Source of the DNA: a virus
Strand: one strand, 5' to 3'
DNA: 64,000 nt
IMG/VR virus record: IMGVR_UViG_3300025012_000049
Coordinates: 1-64,000 of that record
Made by a program: the position numbers and the translations under genes. Below, in pieces: positions 1 through 8,480 of this stretch (positions are counted from its first letter, which is position 1; the number at the start of each line of letters is the position of its first letter). The notes below the pieces were generated by a model. It made no database searches, had not been told where the DNA came from, and saw only the letters and a program-made list of their open reading frames with translations.

Positions 1-6
1 TAGCAG

Positions 7-1230
7 GTGATTACGTTAGCAAACACAACGAGATATACTTGGAGTGTTTTTGCGAAAAAAGGGACGACTAATTTCATCGCTGTAAATTCAGCGAATGGAG
101 GGAATTTATTCACTTATTTTGACTTAAACACTGGTGCAGTTGGGACAACGGCAAGCGGTGTAACAGCGACAATTGCTCCGTATGGAGATGGATGGTTCCG
201 GTGTTCATGCTCGGTGATAACGGTCGGGACTAACGGCTATTTTGCAGTTTATCTTGCCAATGCAAACGGATCACTTGCGGTCACTAGCGGTAAAACCGCT
301 TACCTCTGGGGCGCACAACTCGAAACCGGCTCCGTCGCCACCTCCTACATCCCCACCACCACAGCCGCCGTCACCCGAGCCGCACGCTACACGACCATCG
401 CCGGGGCCGAACTCGGTGAGGACATTCGCTTCGACGCGGTGACGAAGGAGTTGGGCCGGGAGCAGTGGTTCCTTGGCGACCCGACGAGTCTGGCGGGAGT
501 GTATAAGAACGCGGCGGATAAGGTGGTGTATAGGGGGGTGTCGCTTGGGGCGGAGTTGGTGACGAATGGCGGGCTTGATAGTGATACGGCGTGGCAGAAG
601 GGAACAGGGTGGGCAATAGGGTCGGGGGTTGCTACACACTCCGGCAGCACCAGCGGAGCATTTACCCAAAATATATCAGTGACCGCAGGGAAAACGTATA
701 AGATTTCTGTAACTGTTAGCGGTAGAACTTCGTCACAAGTGAATGTAGCACTCGATGATGACGCGACCATTCTCGTAATTACAGCTAATGGAACTCATAG
801 CGTATTAAAGACAGCAGTAACTACAGGATCAAGGCCGCTCCAGTTTAATGCTATTACAACTTTCGATGGATCAATAGACAACATCTCCGTCCAAGAAGTC
901 AAAGAATTCACCTCCACCACCTCCCTCACCGCCAACACCCCTATGGTCATCGGCGTGCATAACGGCACGGACGGAGCCACGCTATACATTGATGGCACGG
1001 CAGAAGCCACCGACGCCACAATGACGACTCCGGTCACTTGGGGCACCACGGTCAGGATTGGCGCGGATACGGCAGCGACGGCGGGGAATGTGCTGAACGG
1101 CAGCGTGAGCAATATTTTAAGTATTAAAAGAGGTCCGTCAAATTGGATAAAGAAAACTACCAAAAATAATATTATCAATTTGTATGATAAAAAACGTTCT
1201 ATTTATTCCATTGAAGATCTAGCTGCATAA
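7..1230 (+). CDS. Fibre/adhesin-like protein, probably the 3' part of a longer gene: CBM-like domain, then a LamG/concanavalin-like domain with an inserted CBM-like module
   Basis: Motifs YTWSVFAKKG, GDGWFRCS and WGAQLETGSVATSYIPTT are typical of phage fibre CBM-like domains. LYIDG...RIGAD...LNGSVSNI resembles LamG. GAELVTNGG...IDNISVQEV is a second CBM-like module. GC content is far above the flanks. In-frame TAG at 1-3. Confidence 0.7.
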   Translation: MITLANTTRYTWSVFAKKGTTNFIAVNSANGGNLFTYFDLNTGAVGTTASGVTATIAPYGDGWFRCSCSVITVGTNGYFAVYLANANGSLAVTSGKTAYLWGAQLETGSVATSYIPTTTAAVTRAARYTTIAGAELGEDIRFDAVTKELGREQWFLGDPTSLAGVYKNAADKVVYRGVSLGAELVTNGGLDSDTAWQKGTGWAIGSGVATHSGSTSGAFTQNISVTAGKTYKISVTVSGRTSSQVNVALDDDATILVITANGTHSVLKTAVTTGSRPLQFNAITTFDGSIDNISVQEVKEFTSTTSLTANTPMVIGVHNGTDGATLYIDGTAEATDATMTTPVTWGTTVRIGADTAATAGNVLNGSVSNILSIKRGPSNWIKKTTKNNIINLYDKKRSIYSIEDLAA

Positions 1231-1243
1231 AGGAATACACAAC

Positions 1244-1684
1244 ATGAAAAAATTAATATTTCTTTTATTCTTTTTACTTTTACCATTCATATCTTTTTCA
1301 GAAGAAATAAAAACTGTTGATATTGTTTTACAAATCAAAGCCCCATACAATCAGAATATTGATGAAGCCATGAGTTTATTGGCACAACAATCTATCCAAT
1401 TATTTAATTCAGGGGGCAACCCAAATGCTCAGAAATTTGAAGAGTATTTGGGTTATGTAAATACCCCAGTAACAGCAAACCATATCAGGGTCAGGGTTGG
1501 TCAAGAATATGCCCGTATTATTGAGTTAATTGGGGAAAATGAGATAGTTAAATTGGTAAGGGTAGAATGGCCGGATAAAACACCGGAAGGAGGATGGGAA
1601 CCAATTACCTTTATTGTGCAATGTTATGATCTGAATAATCAACCTTATCCTTGTATCGTGGAATTGGGTAGGATAAGTCACTAA
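1244..1684 (+). CDS. Secreted/signal-peptide hypothetical protein
   Basis: MKK plus hydrophobic stretch LIFLLFFLLLPFISFS; AAGGA RBS upstream. Confidence 0.7.
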   Translation: MKKLIFLLFFLLLPFISFSEEIKTVDIVLQIKAPYNQNIDEAMSLLAQQSIQLFNSGGNPNAQKFEEYLGYVNTPVTANHIRVRVGQEYARIIELIGENEIVKLVRVEWPDKTPEGGWEPITFIVQCYDLNNQPYPCIVELGRISH

Positions 1685-1699
1685 ATAAACAACAAATAA

Positions 1700-1746
1700 A
1701 AATAATAATGGCGTTACCCAATATAAAGGTAACGCCATTATTATTT
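1700..1746. terminator. Bidirectional intrinsic terminator between convergent transcription units
   Basis: Perfect 19-bp inverted repeat AAATAATAATGGCGTTACC / GGTAACGCCATTATTATTT between the stops of convergent genes. Confidence 0.85.
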
Positions 1747-1933
1747 AGAAATCTTCTTGATAATAAACAATAAAATCACCCACATATTTTTTTCTGATAA
1801 TAGTTCCTTGAATAGGAACTATAGTGGTTTGAAACTTGGTGTTTATTTTAAATCCCACACCAATTAGTTTTTTCTGTAATTGTGGAACATCTTTTTCTTC
1901 CAGTTTATGTATTCTCAATTTTACTTTTTTCAT
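1745..1933 (-). CDS. Hypothetical protein (basic N-terminus MKKVKLR)
   Basis: Last ORF of a tightly packed - strand operon. Confidence 0.6.
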   Translation of the reverse strand: MKKVKLRIHKLEEKDVPQLQKKLIGVGFKINTKFQTTIVPIQGTIIRKKYVGDFIVYYQEDF

Positions 1934-1936
1934 ATT

Positions 1937-2233
1937 TTACCCTGTGAATTTCCGATAATAATCATAATCAAACTTTTCATAATATTCTATAGTTTTACAT
2001 TTTTTTTCAATAACAAAAGCTCTGAAGGTTATTGAATCATAATTTTCCTGTTGTTTAATGGCTTTATGAAAAGACAAATTGGCGAAACCTACTGGAATGG
2101 CAGAACCATAAATAATAGCATGTAATCCATCCTTGGCATATTGACCACAAGATTTGCCGCACCAACAATAACGAAAGTTTTCAATCCTTAGTTTTACAAC
2201 ATCTTGACAATGTGGGCAAAATATTAATTTCAT
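1937..2233 (-). CDS. Zn-ribbon hypothetical phage protein
   Basis: CPHCQD...CWCG motif; overlaps the upstream stop. Confidence 0.65.
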   Translation of the reverse strand: MKLIFCPHCQDVVKLRIENFRYCWCGKSCGQYAKDGLHAIIYGSAIPVGFANLSFHKAIKQQENYDSITFRAFVIEKKCKTIEYYEKFDYDYYRKFTG

Positions 2234-2664
2234 AATTTTTTACTTTTAATAGTGGTGGTAGTTCCATCAGGGAAAATAATTAAAATAGGAATATTATATT
2301 CTTGAGCAACCTTAACAATAGACCAACACCCACTACGGATATTATTGATGTAGTTATCTGATACTACCAATAGAAAATTGGTTTGTTCCGCCATATTTTT
2401 TCTACGTTTATCATAACTGGTTGGATTATGAATAATTGGAGCTTTGCATAAAGCTCTATTTTTACGATTATTCAAAGGATGGATGATGATTTTATCCATT
2501 AAATCATTTTCAAAACAAAGAGTATGAAATAATTGTTCTGAACCAATCTCATCGCCATGATGGATTTCCTTGATAATCTCTTTATTTTCTTTTAGAAAGC
2601 CTAAAACTTTATTTCTTTGAATAGTAGTCATGCCCTGTCTACTTCCTGAAAACCATAACTTCAT
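2230..2664 (-). CDS. SLOG-superfamily (DprA/Smf/YspA-like) nucleotide-binding protein
   Basis: FSGSR, HHGD-x-GS and RSGCWSIVKVA...IPILIIFPDG pattern. Confidence 0.65.
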   Translation of the reverse strand: MKLWFSGSRQGMTTIQRNKVLGFLKENKEIIKEIHHGDEIGSEQLFHTLCFENDLMDKIIIHPLNNRKNRALCKAPIIHNPTSYDKRRKNMAEQTNFLLVVSDNYINNIRSGCWSIVKVAQEYNIPILIIFPDGTTTTIKSKKL

Positions 2665-2676
2665 AAGTTATCCTTT

Positions 2677-2874
2677 TTATTTTTTAATTATTTGTTTAGC
2701 ATCAGGCCAATCATTTTTTAATTCTTGTTCATTTTCATAAATAATAAATACACTATCTTTAAACTCACAATATTCTTTAAACTCTTCATCAGTTAGAAAA
2801 ACAACTGTTTTATTTCTATCAATGCACCAAGAGAGAATTTTTACACAAATAGATGCGATAATAGATTTAAACAT
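2677..2874 (-). CDS. Hypothetical protein
   Basis: ORF in operon with AAGGA RBS. Confidence 0.55.
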   Translation of the reverse strand: MFKSIIASICVKILSWCIDRNKTVVFLTDEEFKEYCEFKDSVFIIYENEQELKNDWPDAKQIIKK

Positions 2875-3070
2875 ATTATTTATTATCCTTAGAAAGATTT
2901 TCTTTTTCTCCTAAACGTTTCTTTCTGGAATCATATTCTGTAAAAACACCATCACAAATACCAACTAATTCATTGGTTAACTTGGTAGGATAAGCCATAC
3001 ATTTTTCTTTTATGATCTTTAAAGCTTCAATAGCTTTTTTCTCTAGGGTACTCATTCTTCATTATCTCCT

Positions 3071-3643
3071 TTATTTTTGATATTTTAAACATTGAATATT
3101 AAATGGTTTGGCTACCCCAGCAGAGTATTTTTCGACAACGGATAAAGCATCAATAATTCTTTGTTCTGGTGTGAGTTCTTTGTCTATAAAATCTAGTTTA
3201 GAAAGAATTTCCATTGCTCCCATTGCATATGATTCACCACAACCACAAGCATCAAACCTATCTCTAATTTGGGCTACCTGAAAATCACATTCAATTTGAT
3301 ATAAATCACCTTTATAACCAACTAAAAAGAAACCACCCGTTATTTCATTATTATTTATTTTAGCATAGCCATGTTTTTTAAAACATTCAATAACTGCTTC
3401 AATAAAATCAGTACACATATAAGTAAAATCATCTTTGCTTGGTAATTGTTCAGGAATAACAAGTTGGTATCTAATCAATTGGCCCATACGAAAAGAAGAA
3501 GTAAATCCAAAAATCATGTTGTTTTTGATAAATACTTTAGAATCAATTCTCTCCCTTATATTAAAATGACCATCTACCCCAGCAGAATCAGCACCAATAT
3601 AAATATCTTTGTTTTTGTCAACAAAGCCAATAATACAAGTCAT
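3071..3643 (-). CDS. Ntn-hydrolase / HslV-proteasome beta-subunit-like peptidase (start moved to MTCIIG)
   Basis: MTCIIG with Thr2 as candidate nucleophile, IGADS, KVF, ACGCGESYAMGA; AGGAG RBS before the ATG at 3643. Confidence 0.75.
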   Translation of the reverse strand: MTCIIGFVDKNKDIYIGADSAGVDGHFNIRERIDSKVFIKNNMIFGFTSSFRMGQLIRYQLVIPEQLPSKDDFTYMCTDFIEAVIECFKKHGYAKINNNEITGGFFLVGYKGDLYQIECDFQVAQIRDRFDACGCGESYAMGAMEILSKLDFIDKELTPEQRIIDALSVVEKYSAGVAKPFNIQCLKYQK

Positions 3644-3644
3644 A

Positions 3645-4043
3645 TCATTTATTCTCCTGTTGAGACATATATTTTTCATATCCCATCTGTATAAAGTGCG
3701 CTGCTTTTAAAAAATCCAATTCCTGCTGGCCTTCCCTTGCATTTTTACCATAACGTTTAATATATTTTTCCGCTTGTCTAAGACATTCTTCAATAGAATA
3801 CTCAGTACAAATATCCTGTCCTTTATCCCCATATTGACTGACTGTATAATTTTCTATATGTTCAATAACTCTTGCGGTAAAAGAAATAAAATCCTTGGTT
3901 CTTTGACTAATGTTTTTAATAATGCAAGGAATTACTATTTGGTGAATATATTTATCACTTTCTGGTTTGTTTTCAATTTTATCCAGTTCATCTGATAATT
4001 TTATAATCTCTTCTATAAGTTGTTCTTTACTATCGTCTGACAT
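3645..4043 (-). CDS. Hypothetical phage protein, possibly all-alpha nucleotide pyrophosphatase/DUF3310-like
   Basis: QYGD...KYIKRYGK...DFLKAAHF pattern. Confidence 0.45.
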   Translation of the reverse strand: MSDDSKEQLIEEIIKLSDELDKIENKPESDKYIHQIVIPCIIKNISQRTKDFISFTARVIEHIENYTVSQYGDKGQDICTEYSIEECLRQAEKYIKRYGKNAREGQQELDFLKAAHFIQMGYEKYMSQQENK

Positions 4044-4281
4044 TGACTTTTACCTTTCCTTCATTGATTTTATCATTTAGTGATTTTTTCAATTCCTCTA
4101 GGAAATCAATGATTACTTGTTCAGCTTCTTCCTTGGTATCAAAAATCAAGGGTACATTATCTTTTTTAGCTTGTATCCATTCAGTCTTACCACGCATTTT
4201 TAATTGAACCGCATAACGTGTTTTGTTCATACCATCTTCTCTTGAATATAATTTTATAGTTCTTAAGTTATGTCTTTTCAT
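4030..4281 (-). CDS. Hypothetical protein
   Basis: Overlapping ORF in operon. Confidence 0.6.
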   Translation of the reverse strand: MKRHNLRTIKLYSREDGMNKTRYAVQLKMRGKTEWIQAKKDNVPLIFDTKEEAEQVIIDFLEELKKSLNDKINEGKVKVNVRR

Positions 4282-4564
4282 TACTCTTATTCCCCTTCTT
4301 GTTTAACACATAAAAAGCCCAAAAAACTAAAACAATAAGAATTACCAATTTATATTCTTTTAAAAAGTAATAAATATAAAACCCATCTCCATTGTAGATT
4401 TCATTTACCAAGGTGTAAGCCAACATGAAACCAAAACCCAAAAGAAAACCAAAAAAAATCACCAATAAACAAACCCAGAAGAAATTAACATGAATTTCTC
4501 CTGTTTTATCTTTTTTAATTAATTTCCAATCCATTTCAGGCTCCTTCTTCAAGTTGTTTTGCAT
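4268..4564 (-). CDS. Two-TM membrane protein
   Basis: Two hydrophobic segments. Confidence 0.6.
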   Translation of the reverse strand: MQNNLKKEPEMDWKLIKKDKTGEIHVNFFWVCLLVIFFGFLLGFGFMLAYTLVNEIYNGDGFYIYYFLKEYKLVILIVLVFWAFYVLNKKGNKSNEKT

Positions 4565-4763
4565 ATAGTTTCAAACATTCTGCTAAATGTTCTGGTTGAC
4601 AATCAAGTTTTGTTTGAAAATAACTTGTAATTTCTTCAACGGCATTTAGATAATTGCCATAATGATAAGACATACAAACATCACCACAATTAATATGTAT
4701 AAAAGTTTGTGGGTTAACAAAAGTATCATCTTTTGTTTTTTCTATACATTTAGTTTTGCTCAT
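4536..4763 (-). CDS. Hypothetical protein
   Basis: Overlapping ORF with GGAG RBS. Confidence 0.55.
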   Translation of the reverse strand: MSKTKCIEKTKDDTFVNPQTFIHINCGDVCMSYHYGNYLNAVEEITSYFQTKLDCQPEHLAECLKLYAKQLEEGA

Positions 4764-4942
4764 AATTTATTATCTCCTACAACAGTCATATCTCTTCGTT
4801 TGGCAGGAATACCGATAAGCCGTACTGATCTTTTAAAACAACATTGATTATAAAAATAATCAGGAACACCTTCACCAGATTTAAAAATTTTCTCTTCTAC
4901 TTTACCACATGCAGGACATTTAAAATCATAAAGTGGTGACAT
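4760..4942 (-). CDS. FmdB-family zinc-ribbon protein
   Basis: MSPLYDFKCPACGKVEE signature. Confidence 0.7.
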   Translation of the reverse strand: MSPLYDFKCPACGKVEEKIFKSGEGVPDYFYNQCCFKRSVRLIGIPAKRRDMTVVGDNKL

Positions 4943-4954
4943 TTGTTTTCCTTT

Positions 4955-5791
4955 CTAACTTTCATTGGTATATTGGTGTTTATCAGGATCATTTAAAGCG
5001 TTAACTAATAACATTAAACGATCATCGTTATCATCGTCAATTATATTATGCCATAATTGTTTTTTACGTTGTTCTGGATCAAGTATCCATTTATCCAAAG
5101 GCCATTCTTTATTATCAAATGGATGACAATAGACTGGTTTCCATTTAGGATTGGTATGCTCAACCCCACCCCATTTTTTGTGCATATATTTTCTATTTAA
5201 ATCAAAACTTCTTCGGCTTCTTAACTGTAATAATGGATTACGTCTAACCGTGGCACTTTCATAATGGTAAAATAAATTACGATCACCACAGTTATTAATG
5301 TATTTTATTCCTGTTTTTTTGACTCTGATACGGTAATCATCATCCTCGACATAATTGAAGAAATTTTCATCAAATAAACCAACTTGTTCAAAACAAGTAT
5401 TACTGATTATAAAACAATTAAATTGATGGGAAGATTCTACAAAATCATAAGCTTCATGGTAGTTTGATTCTATTGTATTCCAAAATTTATTATTGAGAAA
5501 AGCCGTATCACTACCAACAATAACAACAGCACTGTAATTATTTTTTACAAACGCTTCCCTTAACAGAATATTCCAACCACCAGCCACAGCCCAATTGTTT
5601 ATCCTACGTTGATATACATTTAATTTATCAAGATATTTATTAATGGTTGGTTCCATTTCTGGATTAGTATACCCTTGCCACAATAAACCTTTATCTACTT
5701 CAGCAGGAATATGTTTATACCATGAATCAAGACATTTATCCAATAAATCTGGATTGGAATAAGCTAAAGTGGTTAATAGTATTTTTGACAT
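4955..5791 (-). CDS. Glycosyltransferase family 2
   Basis: AVAGGWN, VGSDT (DxD-like), VGLFDENF-x-YVEDDDY, HYESAT. Confidence 0.85.
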   Translation of the reverse strand: MSKILLTTLAYSNPDLLDKCLDSWYKHIPAEVDKGLLWQGYTNPEMEPTINKYLDKLNVYQRRINNWAVAGGWNILLREAFVKNNYSAVVIVGSDTAFLNNKFWNTIESNYHEAYDFVESSHQFNCFIISNTCFEQVGLFDENFFNYVEDDDYRIRVKKTGIKYINNCGDRNLFYHYESATVRRNPLLQLRSRRSFDLNRKYMHKKWGGVEHTNPKWKPVYCHPFDNKEWPLDKWILDPEQRKKQLWHNIIDDDNDDRLMLLVNALNDPDKHQYTNES

Positions 5792-5793
5792 AA

Positions 5794-6354
5794 CTAGATA
5801 ACCTTTGGAAAATGACCATAATATTGATTACTAAATTTTAAACAACCTTTTTGTATAATTAAACTACAATTATAATCGTTATTCTCAAAATGTTCTTGTG
5901 CATGAATAATATGTAATCCACAATAATAGTCTTTAGCAATATCTTCAATAATGTTTTTTACATATTGTAATCCAAAATCAATATGTTTGTGGTTTTGGTT
6001 AATATTAAATCCCCTTTGCCGATAAATTTGTTCATTTGGAAATAAGAGACAAAGATGACCCCCTTGTTTAATAACTCTTAACCATTCAATTAATACTTTT
6101 TTAGTGTCTTCAAAGTCTTCTATTAAATGTGACGAATAAAGATAATCTATACCTTCATCGGCAAACATATAAAGGTTACTGGCATCACATTCTATGTTTT
6201 GTGCATTATCTCCTTCAAAAGCATAGCGTTGACCTTGGGGCAAATCTACACCAATGGCTGATGGAACAATTTTATCACCACCATATCCAAGGTCTAGTCC
6301 ATTTCCTTTACAATATGGTAAAAACAATGAGCGGTGTTTTGCTGTTTCAGACAT
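5794..6354 (-). CDS. Class I SAM-dependent methyltransferase (Methyltransf_11-like)
   Basis: GLDLGYGG, YSSHLIED, EWLRVIKQGG. Confidence 0.85.
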   Translation of the reverse strand: MSETAKHRSLFLPYCKGNGLDLGYGGDKIVPSAIGVDLPQGQRYAFEGDNAQNIECDASNLYMFADEGIDYLYSSHLIEDFEDTKKVLIEWLRVIKQGGHLCLLFPNEQIYRQRGFNINQNHKHIDFGLQYVKNIIEDIAKDYYCGLHIIHAQEHFENNDYNCSLIIQKGCLKFSNQYYGHFPKVI

Positions 6355-6355
6355 T

Positions 6356-7885
6356 TTATCTCCTTATATTTTCAAATGTGTTTATAAGGTGTTCAACAGT
6401 TATATTTTCACAACAATAAATTTTATCTTTATTACATTCCGTGAATGTTCTTGGTGCTGGTAATTTATGATGACAACCAACACATTCTAATTCATCCAAC
6501 CAAACAACCGTGGTTTTATCCCAATCATGAATACGGTAATTAGGATTGATACAACCAAAGAAAGCAAATATAGGTGTTCCAATTGCTTGTGCAAAATGCA
6601 TCAAGCCTGAATCCCAAGATAGGAACATTTCAGATTGATAAATAACTTTAACTGTTTCATTGAAAGGTATTTTTCCAATCAGATTTAAACCAATCCCAAG
6701 ATAGTTTTCAGGATTAATACCAACCTCAACAATATAATATTTTTTCTCTTCTTTAAGATATTGTATAAATTTTTTCCATATTGTTAAAGGTATCATTCGA
6801 TTTTTCCAAGTATTATCTGAACAAACCACCAAGGTGTTTTCAGCTTTTTGCACTGTAGATTTATCAAACCCATAATAACGTGGAATCATTTCTTCAGGAT
6901 ATAACGCAATGTTAGCGGCTTTGCAATAAGCTTCAATAACGTGCATTTCCGGACGTTTTTCATAAGCCATATTCAAATCCACCATTAAATCATATTGCAT
7001 TTTATGTTTTAGATTTTTACCATATTCAGTAATATATGGGTTATTTAAAAAAGGTTGTGGACAAGCGGTATTTACAAAAATCTGACATTGGGGATATTTT
7101 TCTTTTAAACCTCTGATAATAGGTTCAACCATTAATACATCACCTATGGCTCCTTGTCTATCTATTAATATTTTCATAGGATCAAACTTTCTGGTTTTCA
7201 GATATTTTTTCCATCTGGTTCTAAGAAAATAATTATTTTCCTGTTCATATTTTTTAAAATCAATTTCTACTTTTTCATGTTTAAATGATTGGTGGTGAAA
7301 ATGTAAAATATCAATATCTTGACATTCTGCAATTTTATATCCTGCACTGCGTAACCTTAACGATAAGTCAGCATCTTCACAAAAGGCAAAGTACATATAT
7401 TTATCTTCAAACAAACCACCAACATTATTGACTGTTGCCCGATCTACAATGAAACAAGACCCCTCAATATAATCAATTGGATTACCTTTCCTCGGTTGCC
7501 CTTTGCCTTCTTCCCCAATATAACCAAAAGTTTGTTTGTTGCCTATTTGTGCTAATCCATGATTGTTTTCCAGTAATTGAACAAGTTGGTTATCCCAACC
7601 TTTTGTTTTAATAATCAAGTCATTATTTAAAACACAGAAGTATTTAGAGTTAGTAGAATTGAAAATATTATTATGGGCAGAAATAAAACCTAAATTTTCT
7701 TTATTTCTGACATATTTGATACGTTTATCTTTTAATTTGGACAAGTAATCTTGGGTATCTTTTCGAGAAGCATTATCGGAAATAATAAGCTGATAATCAG
7801 ACGTAGAATTTTCTAAAATGGATTGTATGCACTTTTTTGTTACATCAAGTTGGTTATAAACCAACAATGAAATAATCAATTGCAT
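6356..7885 (-). CDS. Fused GT2 + GT9 (heptosyltransferase-like) glycosyltransferase
   Basis: N-half: ISDNAS, NLGF, VLNND, FCEDADLSLR. C-half: GAIGDVLM, WDSGLMHFAQA, FFGC, C-terminal Cys cluster. Confidence 0.88.
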   Translation of the reverse strand: MQLIISLLVYNQLDVTKKCIQSILENSTSDYQLIISDNASRKDTQDYLSKLKDKRIKYVRNKENLGFISAHNNIFNSTNSKYFCVLNNDLIIKTKGWDNQLVQLLENNHGLAQIGNKQTFGYIGEEGKGQPRKGNPIDYIEGSCFIVDRATVNNVGGLFEDKYMYFAFCEDADLSLRLRSAGYKIAECQDIDILHFHHQSFKHEKVEIDFKKYEQENNYFLRTRWKKYLKTRKFDPMKILIDRQGAIGDVLMVEPIIRGLKEKYPQCQIFVNTACPQPFLNNPYITEYGKNLKHKMQYDLMVDLNMAYEKRPEMHVIEAYCKAANIALYPEEMIPRYYGFDKSTVQKAENTLVVCSDNTWKNRMIPLTIWKKFIQYLKEEKKYYIVEVGINPENYLGIGLNLIGKIPFNETVKVIYQSEMFLSWDSGLMHFAQAIGTPIFAFFGCINPNYRIHDWDKTTVVWLDELECVGCHHKLPAPRTFTECNKDKIYCCENITVEHLINTFENIRR

Positions 7886-7890
7886 ATAAG

Positions 7891-8169
7891 TTATTTTTTC
7901 CCCCTTACCTTTTCCATGAGTTTTCTTTTACGATTATTATAAGCGGTTTTATTTTTTACTTTTTTACATTTTTTACAAACTCTACTGGAAGTTTTAACCA
8001 TTGATGGCACCCAATTGACACCTTCTTTTAAAGGATCTTTACAAATACGACATCTTGGTTTGGTTCCTTTGACATGTACACTTTTATGGGATGTATATTG
8101 TTTTAATCGGAAAAATACAGCACCACAAATTTTACACTCATATTCTTTATAAATTTCTTTTTTATCCAT
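7891..8169 (-). CDS. Zinc-finger protein: classical C2H2 finger plus C4 finger (start moved to MDKKE)
   Basis: YECKICGAVFFRLKQYTSHKSVH = C-x2-C-x12-H-x3-H, then CRIC...CKKC; GAGGAG RBS before ATG 8169. Confidence 0.7.
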   Translation of the reverse strand: MDKKEIYKEYECKICGAVFFRLKQYTSHKSVHVKGTKPRCRICKDPLKEGVNWVPSMVKTSSRVCKKCKKVKNKTAYNNRKRKLMEKVRGKK

Positions 8170-8437
8170 TACGCTCCTCTCCAATAAAGGTAATTTTCCA
8201 ACCCATTTTATTACATAATTCTTTAGCTTCATCTTTTGTTTCTTTAGCATCCATCCAGAAACCCTTATCATCATCTACAATAATTGCCCATACCCAATAA
8301 CCAAGATCACTATTGTTATTAAGATATACTTCAAGGTTTGGTTTTAAAGCATAATCAATTCCTTGTTCATAACTTATCGGGGCATCCCATTTAAACTCTT
8401 TTGCCCATTCAGTTTGTTCTATCTCTTCTCGGGTCAT
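8162..8437 (-). CDS. Hypothetical protein
   Basis: ORF with AAGGA RBS. Confidence 0.6.
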   Translation of the reverse strand: MTREEIEQTEWAKEFKWDAPISYEQGIDYALKPNLEVYLNNNSDLGYWVWAIIVDDDKGFWMDAKETKDEAKELCNKMGWKITFIGEERNG

Positions 8438-8480
8438 ATCTCATTTCCTTGGAAATTAATTATAGATAACAAGGTTAATG

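Noticed and set aside
242-1178. Several overlapping alternative-frame and antisense ORFs (Pro-rich, etc.)
   Set aside because: By-products of the GC-rich skewed codon blocks of the fibre-like gene.
1-1230. Diversity-generating retroelement or invertase shufflon as the cause of the mosaicism
   Set aside because: No reverse transcriptase, no TR/VR pair differing at adenines, and no recombinase or exact inverted crossover sites in the window. They could lie outside it.
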